From: Epiperipatus broadwayi
Taxonomy: Eukaryota; Animalia; Onychophora
DNA: 64,000 nucleotides
Reading direction: 5' to 3'
Assembly: GCA_028023455.1 (NCBI GenBank)
Contig: JAQFVV010000005.1
Location: forward strand, 19,778,001-19,842,000
Below are positions 1 through 13,669 of this stretch, one piece after another. How positions within the stretch are numbered: the stretch's first letter is position 1; every line of letters starts with the position of its first letter. The notes under the pieces are model-generated. The model saw nothing but the letters and a program-made list of their open reading frames with translations. It was not told where the DNA came from and ran no database searches. The position numbers were made by a program, and so were the translations under genes.

Positions 1-2020
1 TTAGAAAAATTACTTAGTATATTAAAGTGGGGAACTGATAAGATGAACACTTTATTTTTTTTTTTTTTATTTAATAAAATTTAGATATTGATATTTTGAT
101 ATATACTCTGATGGAAATGACAGCTGATTAAGGTAAATGTTTTTAAATTATTTCAATTTGGAAGTACGTTTTATTATATTCCAAATTGAATCTTACATGA
201 CAATTAACATAATATATTTTTAAACATACATAACTAATATCAGAATACATTCTATTATTAATCTAGTGTGAATGGATGTTATCGTATATAAACATACAAC
301 ACACACTGAATTATTTTAATGACACAATAGGTAGATTTATAATGTGTCATGTGTATTTATTATACGCATGATTTTAAATTATATATATATGTAAATGATT
401 ACATTATTTTTTTTTTTGAATATTAAATAATTTATTAGTGTATATAAGCACAGATTATAATTCTAAATTTTAATGTTTTTATGTGATAATATTTTGTTTT
501 TTATTACTGATTAAAATGTGTTAAACTTGATTTCAAAATTAAACAGGTCTCATTTGTTTATTTTATTTAGTCGTTTTATAAAATCAATATTTATAAATAT
601 ACATACTCATGCATATATATGTTAAATCAACTTAGTGATTTAATATTTATAAAGAAGTTATATATAGCTTATATTAAATTTATTATTACTATGGGATATT
701 TGTGGAAATGCCTGAAGAGAGTCGATTGCAAATTTCTACTCTGAGCTCGAATTCTGAGAGTAACGAGGTTATTAATAGAGGAGTGAATTGGATTATATTT
801 TAAATAACATCATCCATGGCATTCTATAAGAAGACTCAAAGTCCGACTATAGTTAGATGCGACTTCCTCGAGTCCCGAAAAGGATCGTCCCGTTATAATA
901 TATATTAAACAAATGATGAAGATATGTGTAAATAATTGTGATCTGGGCCAACTGATAAGTAAGTTCAACACAAAATGTGAATCATGTTTCAGTAATGTGT
1001 GATGAAATAGAAATTTAAAATCTATTTAAATATATATATATATATATGAAGTTAAGTATAAGTATTTAAAACAATGTGCATATGAAATTAAATTGTAATG
1101 TGCTATATGAGTTAGCTGAAAAAGTATGTTTCTAATGTATCTATTGTATGGGAGGTTGGCTTGACTTCTGAGCTAAAAGTCAATAATACATTGATAAAAT
1201 CAAAAACTTACAATATATATATATATTGTGCAATGATTGTACACCCCTCCACATTAAAAGTGGATAGATACTTGTCCCTAACTTGTCTGAAAGTGGTGTA
1301 GTGAAAGTTCAGTTGCATGGATAAAAACAAACGAATTAAAATAGTTTATATAAATCTTACTTCTACTTTATTTAACAAGATTTTTACATATTCACTATCT
1401 ATCTTACAAGTTCACTTTTAAAAAAAAAAAAATTTCTCGTTTACTTATTAAAATTGAGAAAGAGAAAAAAAAAAATTTAGATTTTATGATCCTTTTTTTT
1501 TTGTCACCTTTTTGCTAAAAGTTTAAACCATAATAACATTAGATGGGGATAATAGTGTTATTTTTATTTTGTTAAAAAAAATAAATGAAATTAATTAATT
1601 CTATCACCCAGGGAAGAGGTTACAGAATGTTTTTTATTATAAGGAAAAATTAAGTAAATTAGAAGTTTATATATATTTTATGTATATATATAATTCTGTA
1701 AATAAATATACATCTACCCTTTAAAAGCTAAAATATTATTTTGATTCAATTTTTTTAACATTTGTAATTGATAAGAATGATTAAGGGAAGTAAATTGGGG
1801 GGGTATTTGTGAAAATTTCAGCTTAAATATTTTTTAAATATATATAAAAGAACGAATATTTCAGCAAAAGAAGAAAAGACAAAAAAAAATGTAATTAGTA
1901 ACAATGAGGACTACAGAACACTTAACACTTTATAATTGACAATAATATTTCTTTATATTGTTAATAAAACTCTAAACAAATAAAATTGAAAAGATTACAC
2001 AATATGTTTTTTAATGCATA

Positions 2021-2226
2021 AAAACTTCTTTCAAAAACATTTTATTGCCCTCTTCAGTATAACATATTATCAATAGCATATGCAGACTTATTCATAACTA
2101 CATTTAGATTTTATTACTGTCATATTTTAATAATAATAAAACTGTTTCTATGTAAAATTGTTTGAAAATCTTCTCTCGAATATATATGTTATTCTGAAGA
2201 GAGCAATAAAATGTTGCCTAAAAAAA
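2021..2226. other. Inverted pair of decayed canonical hammerhead-like motifs (PLE-type relic)
   Basis: TATGTTAT(A/T)-CTGAAGA-G(G/A)GCAATAAAATGTT.. at 2021-2066 (-) and 2184-2226 (+); third copy at ~42716-42752 (+). Confidence 0.4.
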
Positions 2227-5200
2227 TTTTGGTATCTAAAATTATATATAATTTTTGTTTTTGAATAATTACATTGTTTATTTATTCATGCAAAAAACAA
2301 TAATGGATTATATTTAATTTCCATTTCATGATCATTAAATTATGTACCACATAATTCTCATAATCAAAAATTTCTTTCATACTGTGTTGCCATTTAGTTT
2401 ATTGACTTACTCATTGGTTATAATTAAGATTATTAAAGTATATAGATCTATATGCAAGCAAACTGGCATGCATTCAAAGTTGTTTTTAAGATTTTTATGC
2501 CATTATTTGAATAGTTTTACAAAATTAAAAAAAATTTATAAAAATTGTTGAAATCTTTTAACTATTATTCATTGATTGATTCTAAAGAGAAGAGGAAGTT
2601 ATGATTATTTAAAAATTGTTTCTAAGAAAGTGTTGATCTTCAATAATTTGTGCCATTAAATAACAAAAAAAAAAATTGATTTTATAATATTTTGAAAAAT
2701 AATTTCCTCCTATATTTGTAGGTATAGTTTATATTTGCAATATTGTTTTATAAAGATTTAAAATTTTGAGTTCTAAATTTGAATGAAAAAGAAATTGATA
2801 ATAGATCAAATGAGTTAAAAAAGAAGTGTACTTTGTGCCAAAATCAAATTATGATCAAAAAAGAGGCTAGTGTAGTGAACGATCTTGGAGCTAATTATGA
2901 AACACAGACGTAAACAATTAAAGAAGGTATTTGGAAATGTAGATATACTAAGGAATGAAATTAGAATGACTGAATTAAGGGAAAAAAAACAAATTGGTCA
3001 TATAATTAAGAGAAGTTATGGGAATGTTTCAGGTGAAAGGAAAAAGAGAATAGATAAATAATTACTGATCTTAAGAAGATAGTATATTTGTATCATGAGC
3101 ACAATATAATTCCATCTTTGATGTATACGTCATAGAAATAAATGTAGATAGTTTCATTCTCTCTCTCTTTTTTTTTGCAGTAATCAATTTCATAATAGAA
3201 TTTTATAAATATTTTTTAATATCCTATGAACATCATAAAAGTCCTTAGGAATGCATACAATTTTCAGAGGATGCTAATAAATCTATAATCTGTCAGGATA
3301 GTGTTTTAGACATTGAAGTGAGTTTTGTAATCTTTAAATAATAATGGAATTTTTTTTCTTCTGATATTTAGATACAGTTAATTTTATTTTAAAATAATAT
3401 TTTGTGATATAGCTTTATATATTGAAACAGAATAAATTAACAGGATTGCAAATAATGGCACATTATTATTGAAATTGATTAACAGTTCTATTTTGCCACC
3501 TGCTTTCAAAAACTGCAAAATAGTTTCATGATAATAAAAATGCAATGAAATGAACGATCTTTTGTAATTTTTAGGTTTGGCATTTTAATATTTTTATGTT
3601 ATGAGATCAATAGCAATTAGCAACAGGAATTAATAGGAGTGTCATGTGCTGAACATTTATTTTTCTAACTTTTTAAATATTTGCCCTATAGGGTGTGCTA
3701 TTTTTTTTTTTTTTATAATTAATAAAAGGTGACTGATTTAGGAAAGTTTTTTGACTACTGACATAAAACGTGTAACATGTTTTTTATCTTGCACTTTCAG
3801 TTTGTAAGATATAATTAAGATTGAAAAAATCATTTTTGAATAGTAAAATTAGTTAATTATATATATCAGTTTAAATATGTAACATCCATAATAAACAGTG
3901 ACAAATATATATAATACTCAATATAAATTTGTATATGTATATTGAAATTAATTCTTGGATGGTGGTAGTTTAAATTACTCAAAAATATTTTTGTTTAAAA
4001 TCAAAATAAAATTTTAAAATAAATTTTTTTGAATTAAATAACATTAAAAAATATTATGACATTATATTTTTTTAAATATATATATTTAGGATTTTGTAAT
4101 TTTTAAAAATTTTTTATTTTTGCCATAAATTTTATACCCCTCTTCTCCTACCATTTCAGTACTCTTTATATATGCATCATAATAAACTTCTGTTTTTGAA
4201 CAAAATTTCTGACTTGTCATTGTTGATAAACATTGATTCTCTCTTTTTTTTTCCTCCATTACTTCGATTGTATTTAAATTTATTTTTTAAACATGTCCTT
4301 CATAACAAGCATGTAATTGATATTAATAAAATTCTTATTATTTTGTAATTTTACTTTTCTTTATATTCATAGGAATATTCAATTCTCATTTTGTCAAATA
4401 TCAAATAATATTCCCTCATGAAATTCTACAAACTTGCATTCAGGGTTTTTTAAGCATTATATATACCAAGTATACATAATGATTATTAAAAAAAAAGCTA
4501 AATTTATAAATACCTTTTAAAGTTTTTCTTCATTTTTTAAAAATATTGACAGCTTATCTGTATGAATATGGATATCATTTTTTTTTTTTTAATATTTTCA
4601 ACTCTGTGCTTCAAATGAATTTTCAAGCTTTATCTGATTGAGTTTTTGGTATTCTCAAAAGTTTTTACCATTACCACAGTTGAATAGCATCTAATACTCT
4701 TCATTCTTCTCTCTGTAATATTACATATTCTTAGGAAATACCATAATTTGAACAATTACATTTTTTTTTAAAAAGATATGTTCTTATATTTAGAAATTTT
4801 TTTCCAAAGCTTTCTTTTTAATTTTATCTAGTATAAAAGTCTGTGACATATCTCTTAACTGCTCAGTTTCTTGTTGAATCATTCATTTGCACACAAACTA
4901 TTAATGGTGTCTACATCTTTAAAGTCAGTTATTTTCAAAATTTTGGTAAATCGATCACATGCATATATGATAAAATTTGTTCTTAAAATCTGTTTGACAC
5001 ACACATCAAGAAGCAGGTGAAAGTTTGTATTGTTTAACACTTTGTTTCTTATATCATTAAATGACATAAAGAGATGTAAGTTTTTAAGTAATCATTGCAG
5101 GGTAAAAATATCCTACTATGCACAGTGGAACTATTTTCTAGATAATGATTAATGTGTTTCTTCATTGAGTCATCTTCTAAGAATAATGAGTTACCCATTT

Positions 5201-7039
5201 ACCAACCAGTTATGGATGATTAATTGTGAGGCTGGCTATCTGCAAAAAAATAAATTCTAATTCTGTCAGAAGAAAGTTCAAGTTTACTTGACTCGAGAAG
5301 TGGCATAATAGTATTTTTCTTTGACAATCGGAACTATTACATTGTAATGAATTTTGAATCCTAGTTAATATAATAGTTTTTTACTGACGGGTATTTTCCA
5401 AGTCCACTGATGATATTTCAAAAAAAAAATTTTGACAAATTGCTTTTTGGTAAGTTCAAGTAGAAGCTAGAGATTAAATATAACAAATCTTTTTTTAATT
5501 AGCTGATCACAATGCCTTTTAATCAAAATAGTCTACTGACTGAATGCTTTCTATTATATTACTTAACACATAGCTTCACAATGTGCATTATAGTTTTGAT
5601 ATTGGGGTTTTAATTTAAATCAATTAAAAAAAAACTTCGTCTTTATATAGTATACTGATTGTGTTACTATCAATTCAAAGATTGGTAGTTATTAATAATT
5701 TTGATTGTGATTTATGAAAGGTTTATTTAGAAGCCAATACTTAAAAGAAACTCAGATACTTTACCAGTGAATGATATAAGTAAAGTTTTAAATTTTTGGA
5801 TTGGAAACTTATTAGCTAGAAAGTTTGAATTTTACTGCATTACTTCTGTATTTAATGTTATATGATAAGGTGTTTCATCATTTGTGATATAACCTTCTCA
5901 ATTATTTATAGATCTCTGTCGCTGTAATATAAAAATGCTAAAAAAAATTCTATATAAGAATACTACTGTTATAAAAATATGATGACAAATTTATTAAGGT
6001 TGATTGGTATGTTCTTCAGTTTTATTGAATTGGGCATATAAAGTGGTCGATAATTAAATACTGGCTAAATGGTCTTTTATGGTTTTCATGGGAGAGGCAG
6101 GCCCTGCTTACATAATAAAGATTATCTTGCAAATATTCTAGAGCTGCAATTTTTATTGCTTTTATTAAAAGGATTTGGATGAGAATAAAATACAATGGAC
6201 AGCTAGATTTAGGCAAGCTTTGCTGAACTTTTTCAGAAACAAAAGTCTATTACAGAAATGGTTAAAAGACAAGATTGCAGGGAATTAGCATGTAATATAT
6301 GAATATATTTGGGCTTCGCATATTAATATCCATAATTGTTACATTAAGTTATTGTTCTTCATTATCTTTTTTCCTGCTAATAGTAATAATATTATATACT
6401 TCCATAATTAATGCTAATAATTCATTTTCACCCTAAATATCAGAGAAGCAATTTGTTATCTAAAATAACTTAAGTTTTTGCAATTTATTCATAGGATAAT
6501 GCTATAACATTATTAACTTTAATTCCCTTATCCAATAAACCATAATACTTGAATTTCCAAATTACTCTTATTTTGGACTTGTCAAATTCATTCCAAAACA
6601 CTGTCAAAACAAAAATAGGTGTCACTTATCCTATAATAATAGTAGAAATGGATGTATTAAAGATAAGCTGATTGTTTATTGTAATATGCTGGCTACAAAA
6701 GTATTGTTAATTCATTTTATTAATTAATTTATTCTTCTTGATCTCATTTAATCTGCTTTAAGTCATCACTGTTTCAATCTAGAACTATATTTTGAAGTTT
6801 TGAATTATTGATGGATGCTAAACAGTAACTGCAAACAGAAAGCTAATTAATCAGAAACTGTAGTAGAAAGATTTGCACTGCATACTAGAAATAAAAAATG
6901 ACAAAATAAAAGCTTTTATTTCATAATTTGCTCAGTGTCTTCATTACTATCTTAATACACAAATTTAGGCAATTATATTTAATGATGTTATGAATAATGA
7001 CTTAACACATTGTTCAACAACACACTTTTTTTTGCATAT

Positions 7040-8000
7040 AATAATCATCTTTTTCAGTCATTATTAATCATATTGCAGGATGAAAGTCTAACTATTTTAT
7101 TTTCTCGATCCACAAGGCTCTCTTTTCCACATCATATCAATAAGTATCATCTACAATCTTTTGGTTCATTTATCTCAATGTGTCTATTCCAATTTCATTT
7201 CAATTTTTTAAAATTCTTTTAATGATATCAATGATACTTACTTGTTTTCTCATTTCACCTCTAATTTCTTCTTATTTACTATCATACATTTCTTCACATT
7301 TTAATAGTGGTGTCCATGACCCAGATCCATATGTAAAATTTGGTAAAACACATCTATTAAAAATATTCCTTTTCATATACCTAGACATATTATTTTTTAA
7401 TATTTCTACCAAAAACATTTTATCCAAATTTAATTCTATGATTAATTTTGTTCTTTATGTTTTCATCAGTAATAATTTTCTGACCAAAAAACTTTATCTA
7501 ATTCATAATTATTAATTATTATTTTCTATGAAAAATCCCTTGAACCTTATTTTAGTTTTTTTAGCATTTACCTTTAGTACTACTTTCTTATTTGCATCTA
7601 ATAGCTTTGCACCATTTCCTGAAGTTTTGATATTATTTTTTAAACAATCACATTATTTGCAAAAGCTTTCCATTTTAATCCTCAAAATACTTGATGTAAA
7701 ACTGTGACAAAAAGTTTTGGAAGTATGAAATTATTCTGCCATATAATCTTATCATTTTAATCTTCTTAGTATTACCATGCAATCTAATCATTGCTGGGGG
7801 GTGGTGGTTAATAAACATTTTTTAGAATATAATATCTGGATGTTTATCTTGATGATCCTGTTCATAATCTAAAAATCCAAAGCATAATGATGTCATAGTT
7901 ATTTGTTCTTTCTAATAACTTCTCTCAATATTTTGATGTGATCCACTGGGCTAAAACCACTTTTAAATCTAGCATATAGTTGTTGATTGGATTAAAGCCA
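7040..8000 (-). mobile_element. Decayed RTE LINE (RT and thumb region)
   Basis: Remnants of GFS..DHI, Y.YLGQ.I, C.LP.FTYGS.SWT motifs. Confidence 0.7.
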
Positions 8001-9489
8001 AAGTTTTCTGTAGATTTCAAATTATAAGTGTCCCTCTCCTTAGAAAATAATTCATTATGTTGCAAATATTCTCAATTATTTGTATCAGATTATCTTCTTT
8101 TACTATATATGTATTTTGCAAATAATTCTTGCTCATCTGATGAACCCGAGGCTTGAAACATCTGTACAATTAAAGTCTGATATTTATGTTTCTTAAATAT
8201 GACTTGTTTGATTTATAGCTTGAATTTTTTTCACAAACAAACATCTGTCTCTCTCTATATATAAATTTTAACTGTTAGCAGTAGTCATTTAGAGCATGTA
8301 TTTTTAAATATTTGAAAATGATTTAATTGAAATAGAATTAAAAATAAGTAATACAAAGAGTAAATCATTGGTATCTAAGAAATATATCGATATTAAATTA
8401 TTTTTAATTTTATATGATACTCTAATGTCCATATGTTGTAATAAATGTAAACATTTATTTGTAAATGTAATTTTTCACTTTTTTTTTAAAGCTTTTTATT
8501 TAGATAAATAAATAAATAGGTTAGTTACTGCATTTTTTTCTAAAAACCTGTCATAAACTTTTTTTAAAGTTATTTTTAAATCAAATAATACTGTATGTGT
8601 GTGTGTGTGTTTTTTTTTTTTTAAAATTCAATTACAAGAATTCTTCCAGAAGTTTTGTTTCCGCTTGTGTTTGTGTTTATAAACAGTATCTATATATATG
8701 TGTGTGCTTTATGATAAAATCACTGATTTTGGAACCAAAGTAAGCCAGAAGTTGTGCAAACTTTCATTTTTTCAAATGTTTTAAATAAGAAAAATTGTGC
8801 ATGTATGTATAATCAGACAGACAGATTTATGTTTAAAAAAAATGTATATATTTTTTCTTATATTACATAATACTGACTGTTTCCATAAGTGAGAGATAGT
8901 GATATAATCTTCAGATATGAAAATCAACTATGAATAATAAAATATTTTTTTATGCCTTGTAGTATAGAATGTTGGCTCATAAAAAGCAAGGTACTGTTTC
9001 TGATACAAAATCTTTTCTATCTCCCTCTTTACTTTCAGGGCCTGGTTTTCATGAGACTCATCTATTGGTCATCTCAGTATACTAATTGTGACAGTGGGAT
9101 TGTGTGCATGTGCAACCATTTTTTCTTCATTTAACTATATGCATAGCATTTCTGCCTCCAATTCCCTTTTTTTTAGCTCAAGTCCTTAAGAATTAAAAAA
9201 GGCAATGATGAGGACAGACTTAGTAGGCTGGCAGTCCTTAGTTGGATTTGAGACAGAAGTTCCAGCTGGCAAAGATTGTATATTCAGTTAGGCAACCCAA
9301 TTTATCTTCTGTCTACCACGAAAATGGAAGAGGCCTAAAAAATGCGATCTAAAAATAACATGTCTCACACTGTCTGATGGTTGTTGTACCTAGTGGATTT
9401 TTTATTATAGCAATAGAAATTATCAGTAATAAAGTAAGAGGTAGTAATAGTACTAAAAATAAGCATTATAAATCTAATTTTTTCCCTAA

Positions 9490-11965
9490 ATGTAGGTACA
9501 TGGAATGTGTGAATTTTACTTGATAGAAACTCTTCAAGATGAGAATTGAGAACTATAACTGTGGATACAAAACTTTCAAGATTTAAGATTGATATAGTTG
9601 CATTTAGTGAAAGTCATCTTCTAGAGGAAGGAAGGAATTTTAATATAATAGATAGAAGGCTACAAGTTTTTTTGAAGGGACAGATCAATCAATGAAAGGA
9701 GTATGTGTGGTTGTTAAATTTCCTGTCATGTTGGAATTCATCATTTATCAATAAAAGGCTAATTGTGTTAAAACTTGCCTTGCACAATGGTATTTGTGCT
9801 TATGCTCCAACCTTAGATTTGGAGAATTCAGACAAATAAAGGCTTTTATTCTTTGCTAGCTAGCATTATTATAGCAAAAAACATTAAAAAATCAAATTTT
9901 TTTCTTGGAGACCTTAATACATATGTTGATATAAATAGTAAACTGGGCAAAAGTTATCAGAAATAATAGTATCGGTGCTGAAAATTTAAATGGTGTGTTG
10001 TTATTGAAGTTTTGCACAACACATTGATTGACTATTGTAAAGATTAGCTGCATATAGGAACATGAATGCATCCAAGCTCAAAACAATGGCATTAATAGAT
10101 TACATTATATTAGAATACAAGAAAAGTTCATAGTATACAAGTATTTACAAGTGCAGATTTATATGCTCCAAAAGTAAAATGATAGATGCATTTAAAAGTT
10201 CTTATTCTAATCTTATTAACAAAAAAATCAATGTTCATATCCTAAATTTCAATAGCTATTAAAACACTAAAATTGCTAATTTGGACTTCCAGGATTGTCA
10301 TATTACTGAAGTGTTGTGGATACAAGTAAATATCTAGTCTTGAGTTCATTAAAAAGAAGAATTTTGAATAGTTGTTTGATAATGATTTTATTTTTAGTAC
10401 TTTGACTAAAAGGAAATGTTGTATTGTCTGCTTAGCAGAATAATAAATTAAGTATGGAATTTTATAAGAAATAGAGATCTAAAGGTGGAAATTCAACAAC
10501 TGACAAGAAGGCTTAATAAAAATGATCAGTAAATTATTGTAGTCACTAGATCTTTGTTTGATACATTGAAAACAGCATATGGACCTGAAATATGGCATCA
10601 TCTTTTCTACCAAATTCAACAACAGCTCTTTTTAATCTTAAAAATGGAAAGTCCACAGGCCCTTATGAAATACATGGAGAATTTTTTTAAAATATGGTAG
10701 TGATATTTATCATGGAATGCCATTATTATTGACCAATATATGTTTTCAAAGGTTTTGTTGAATAGATTCCTTTTAGATGTAAATGAATATTATCAAACTC
10801 AATATAATTTTTAAAAATGAAGAAGAATTATGCACATGGTTTGTATTTCCAGGCAAATACAAGAAAAGTGCTGAGAACAAAAGTGATTTTTATATTGCTT
10901 TTCTTGATTTAGTCAAGGCATTTGATTCAGTTAGACAAACAGGTTTATGGCATTGCCTGATATTATCAATTAGCCACCAAAATTTACTCATAAATCTTTT
11001 ACATGATTAAGAGAGTAGAAGTGTTATTACTACAGATGAAATATCTGAGGCATTTGAAATGAAAACTGATATTTTAAACAAAGATATATACTTGCTCCAG
11101 GATTTATAATATGCTAATGATTGTGCTATTTTTGCCAGTTGAAAATATAATTTACAGAAGGTACATAATATTTTGAATGCAACATTGAAAGACTTTAATT
11201 TAATAATTAATGTTCAAAAAACTCAAATTTTTAGTCAGTCAATGGCAGAAGAAAAATTCTCTGCTAGTTTTAACTTGGATGGATATCAATTGAAAATATA
11301 AATTAATTTAAATATCTTGGTAGTTTTATAAATAGAATGGTGGACTGAGTTATTGAGGCACAATATAGGCTCCAATATGTTGCTGCTGCTTTTAACAATT
11401 AAAAAGAGTATTTCATCTCAGGAAAATAACCATTGCAACTAAGTTTGTCATGGATAGAGCTATTATTTTATCTAATTTATTAAATGGAAGTGAGACTTGG
11501 GTATCTATCAATACAATGTAATTGCAATAGAAAAATTTCATAAAATGGCAAGATCATTAAAATAATGTTTTTCAACTTGCTGAAAGAGATAATATAGAGT
11601 TCACTATTGTAAAAACACAACTTCGTTGGATTGGATATGAATAATGCAATACTTTTTAAAAGAGAGCTCTATGGTAAATTTGAGTGGTTTTTATGGGAGA
11701 AGTAGATCCTGTCTATATCAGAATTATGTCAAAGACATTCTAAAGAAATGCAATTTTGACTTTGCATTCTGAAAATATGACTAGAGAATTGAATACACTG
11801 GAAAGCTACAATTAGATATGATGTTAAAGTATTTCAGAAAGAAAAGTTGTCTGCTGAAGAAATTAAAAAATAGTATTGCAAAATATCAAGTAAATAGAAA
11901 GTAGACCAGCATGTTCTTTATGTGAATATATTTGTTGTTTAAAAAATTGTTTTTAAGGTCATTAC
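9490..11965 (+). mobile_element. Decayed near-full-length RTE (BovB-like) LINE
   Basis: APE start GTWNV..LLDR...IDIVAFSESHL.EEG at ~9495-9630; RT motif YIAFLDLVKAFDSV at ~10890; YADD-like region ~11110; C-terminal Cys/His remnant ~11910; many stops and frameshifts. Confidence 0.85.
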
Positions 11966-13049
11966 AAAACTGACTTCTGGAACTTTTCATTTTCTTTTCA
12001 TGGAGCTGGAATAGGCATAAATTGTTTACAGATGGTTTCTCTATGTATGTATAATTATTAAAATAGGAAAAAGAAAATATTTTTTTTTAGTTACAAGTTG
12101 TTATTATTTTTTTAATACATTTTATTGTTAAACTTATCTTAATAATTATTCGGTAATTTTTAAGGAAATCAGTCTTTTTATTGATCAGTTTTCTCTAATT
12201 GTTGGTTTTTTGAATTAGCAGAGAGTAAACAACAATAGAAGTAGGACAGTTTAAAGATCAAAACTTTTGTTTTGTACATTGTTACAGGAGGGAAGATAGT
12301 ATAGAGTTAAGATACAGAGGATTAAAGAAATTAAAAAACAACAACATTAAGTTGAGTTTAAAAGCAATTTGCATGAGCAAAAATGAAGTAAATGTGATAG
12401 AAAACGGATATATTGGAAAATATTGAGTGAGTATGATATTTATTATAGAAATTTCAAGCTTTTATCTGTTGTTATTTAAAATGAGTTAGATATTGTTAAA
12501 TAAGGTTGTGCAATAGTGGAGTAATGCTTTTGTGAAATGATAGATAATGAATGGCAAAACACAGACAATTGATATTTTTTTGGTAAATTACTAAGGTCTA
12601 AATAGAAAAAAGTGTTAGGAGAATTAGTTAATATTCATTTATAATCTATAATACTAGAGGAAAAATATTCAGCATAGTGAAATAAAAGGATTTCAGAATC
12701 TGTTTTTAGAATCTGTTTTATCTCATAATGATGAGAGTTTTGAACAGACAGATTTCTTATGGATTAGATTATCTGAAAGTCATTTGAGATTTAGAGGATA
12801 GGGTAATAAGAATTGCAATTATAAGTGGGAAAATCTATAATTGAAAGATCTCATTAATATTGAAAGCTTGCTTACCATGAAGAAGTAAAATATATATATT
12901 AAAATAAGAGAAATATAATAAATTTGTGTACAAGTAGAGATTAAACAACAATCTTATGAAAGACAAACATAAAATAATTTAATGTTGCATTTAGATAAAA
13001 TATTAAATAATATATATATATATAATGGAATTAAAGAAAGTACTGATGA

Positions 13050-13340
13050 TATGAAAAAAAAAAAAAGATTGAAACATTTAGAGGTGTATATTTGGAATAG
13101 AATGAACAATTAAAACCCAGGTGAATAAAGAATGTAAATATTGTAAATGATAAATGAAGAAAAGATTATTTCATTGAGGAAATTAAAAAAATATATATAT
13201 TTAGATTGAGCTTGTACTTAGAGGTAGAGACATTATGAGTAATAATTTGAGAGTATAGAAAATAAAGGAATAAAAAAAAAGAAAATAGCTATAAGTATTT
13301 GAAAAGTCTAAAGAATATGAATAATGATGAAGGGAATCTG
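13050..13340 (+). mobile_element. Decayed RTE 3' fragment
   Basis: IETFxVYIWNRM-like and VLRGRD remnant motifs; a similar fragment lies at ~2860-3080. Confidence 0.5.
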
Positions 13341-13558
13341 CAATAGAGTATACAACTTGTTTTTTTTTTTGCATATAATTAATAATGATGACAAAATAAA
13401 TTCAAATATAACTTAAATAGAGTAGTTATCTAAAATTAACCTTCTCATAAGGAATACTCAAACTACAGCATTAGCACTGCAATTGGATTTAGAATGAGTC
13501 AGTCATGTTTATATTATTCTTTTCATGGTAAAAATATGAAGTAAAATGTATATTAATT

Positions 13559-13669
13559 GTCTTGCATTGGTGGTCGAGAGGTCAGCGCGACTGCCTTGCA
13601 CTTGCAGGCAGTTGCCCGGGTTGCGGGTTCGCGTCCCGGCCAATGCTATGACATTAAAAAAAAAAAAAA
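13559..13669 (+). mobile_element. tRNA-Gly-derived short SINE, young copy
   Basis: GCATTGGTGGT...CCCGGCCAATGC matches ends of eukaryotic tRNA-Gly; A-box TGGTCGAGAGG, B-box GGTTCGCGTCC; poly(A) tail; TSD gtatattaa at 13548-13556 and 13670-13678. Confidence 0.85.

Noticed and set aside
705-900. CCTGAAGA-GAGT...ACTC and GAGTCCCGAAAAGGA motifs in a GC-richer patch
   Set aside because: No intact GAAA after stem II and no consistent stems I/III; identity of the patch unresolved.
3181-3317. Possible cassette exon (acceptors at 3180 and 3267, GAA|gtgagt donor at 3318)
   Set aside because: No PHF12 similarity and stops in the required frame; such splice-like signals occur by chance in 40 kb of intron. 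Only RNA-seq could rescue it as a poison exon.
8107-8185. CTGATGA-ACCCGAGGCT-TGAAACAT...ATGTTTC hammerhead-like motif
   Set aside because: Core and a possible stem III are present, but stem II has only about 2 bp and no convincing stem I; at best a dead relic.
9010-9400. HDV-like ribozyme at the 5' end of the RTE copy
   Set aside because: Expected from RTE biology, but I could not build a nested double pseudoknot from the sequence.
13564-13647. Functional tRNA gene
   Set aside because: No 7-nt anticodon loop, duplicated GGGTT in the T-arm region, poly(A) tail and TSD: a SINE, not a tRNA.
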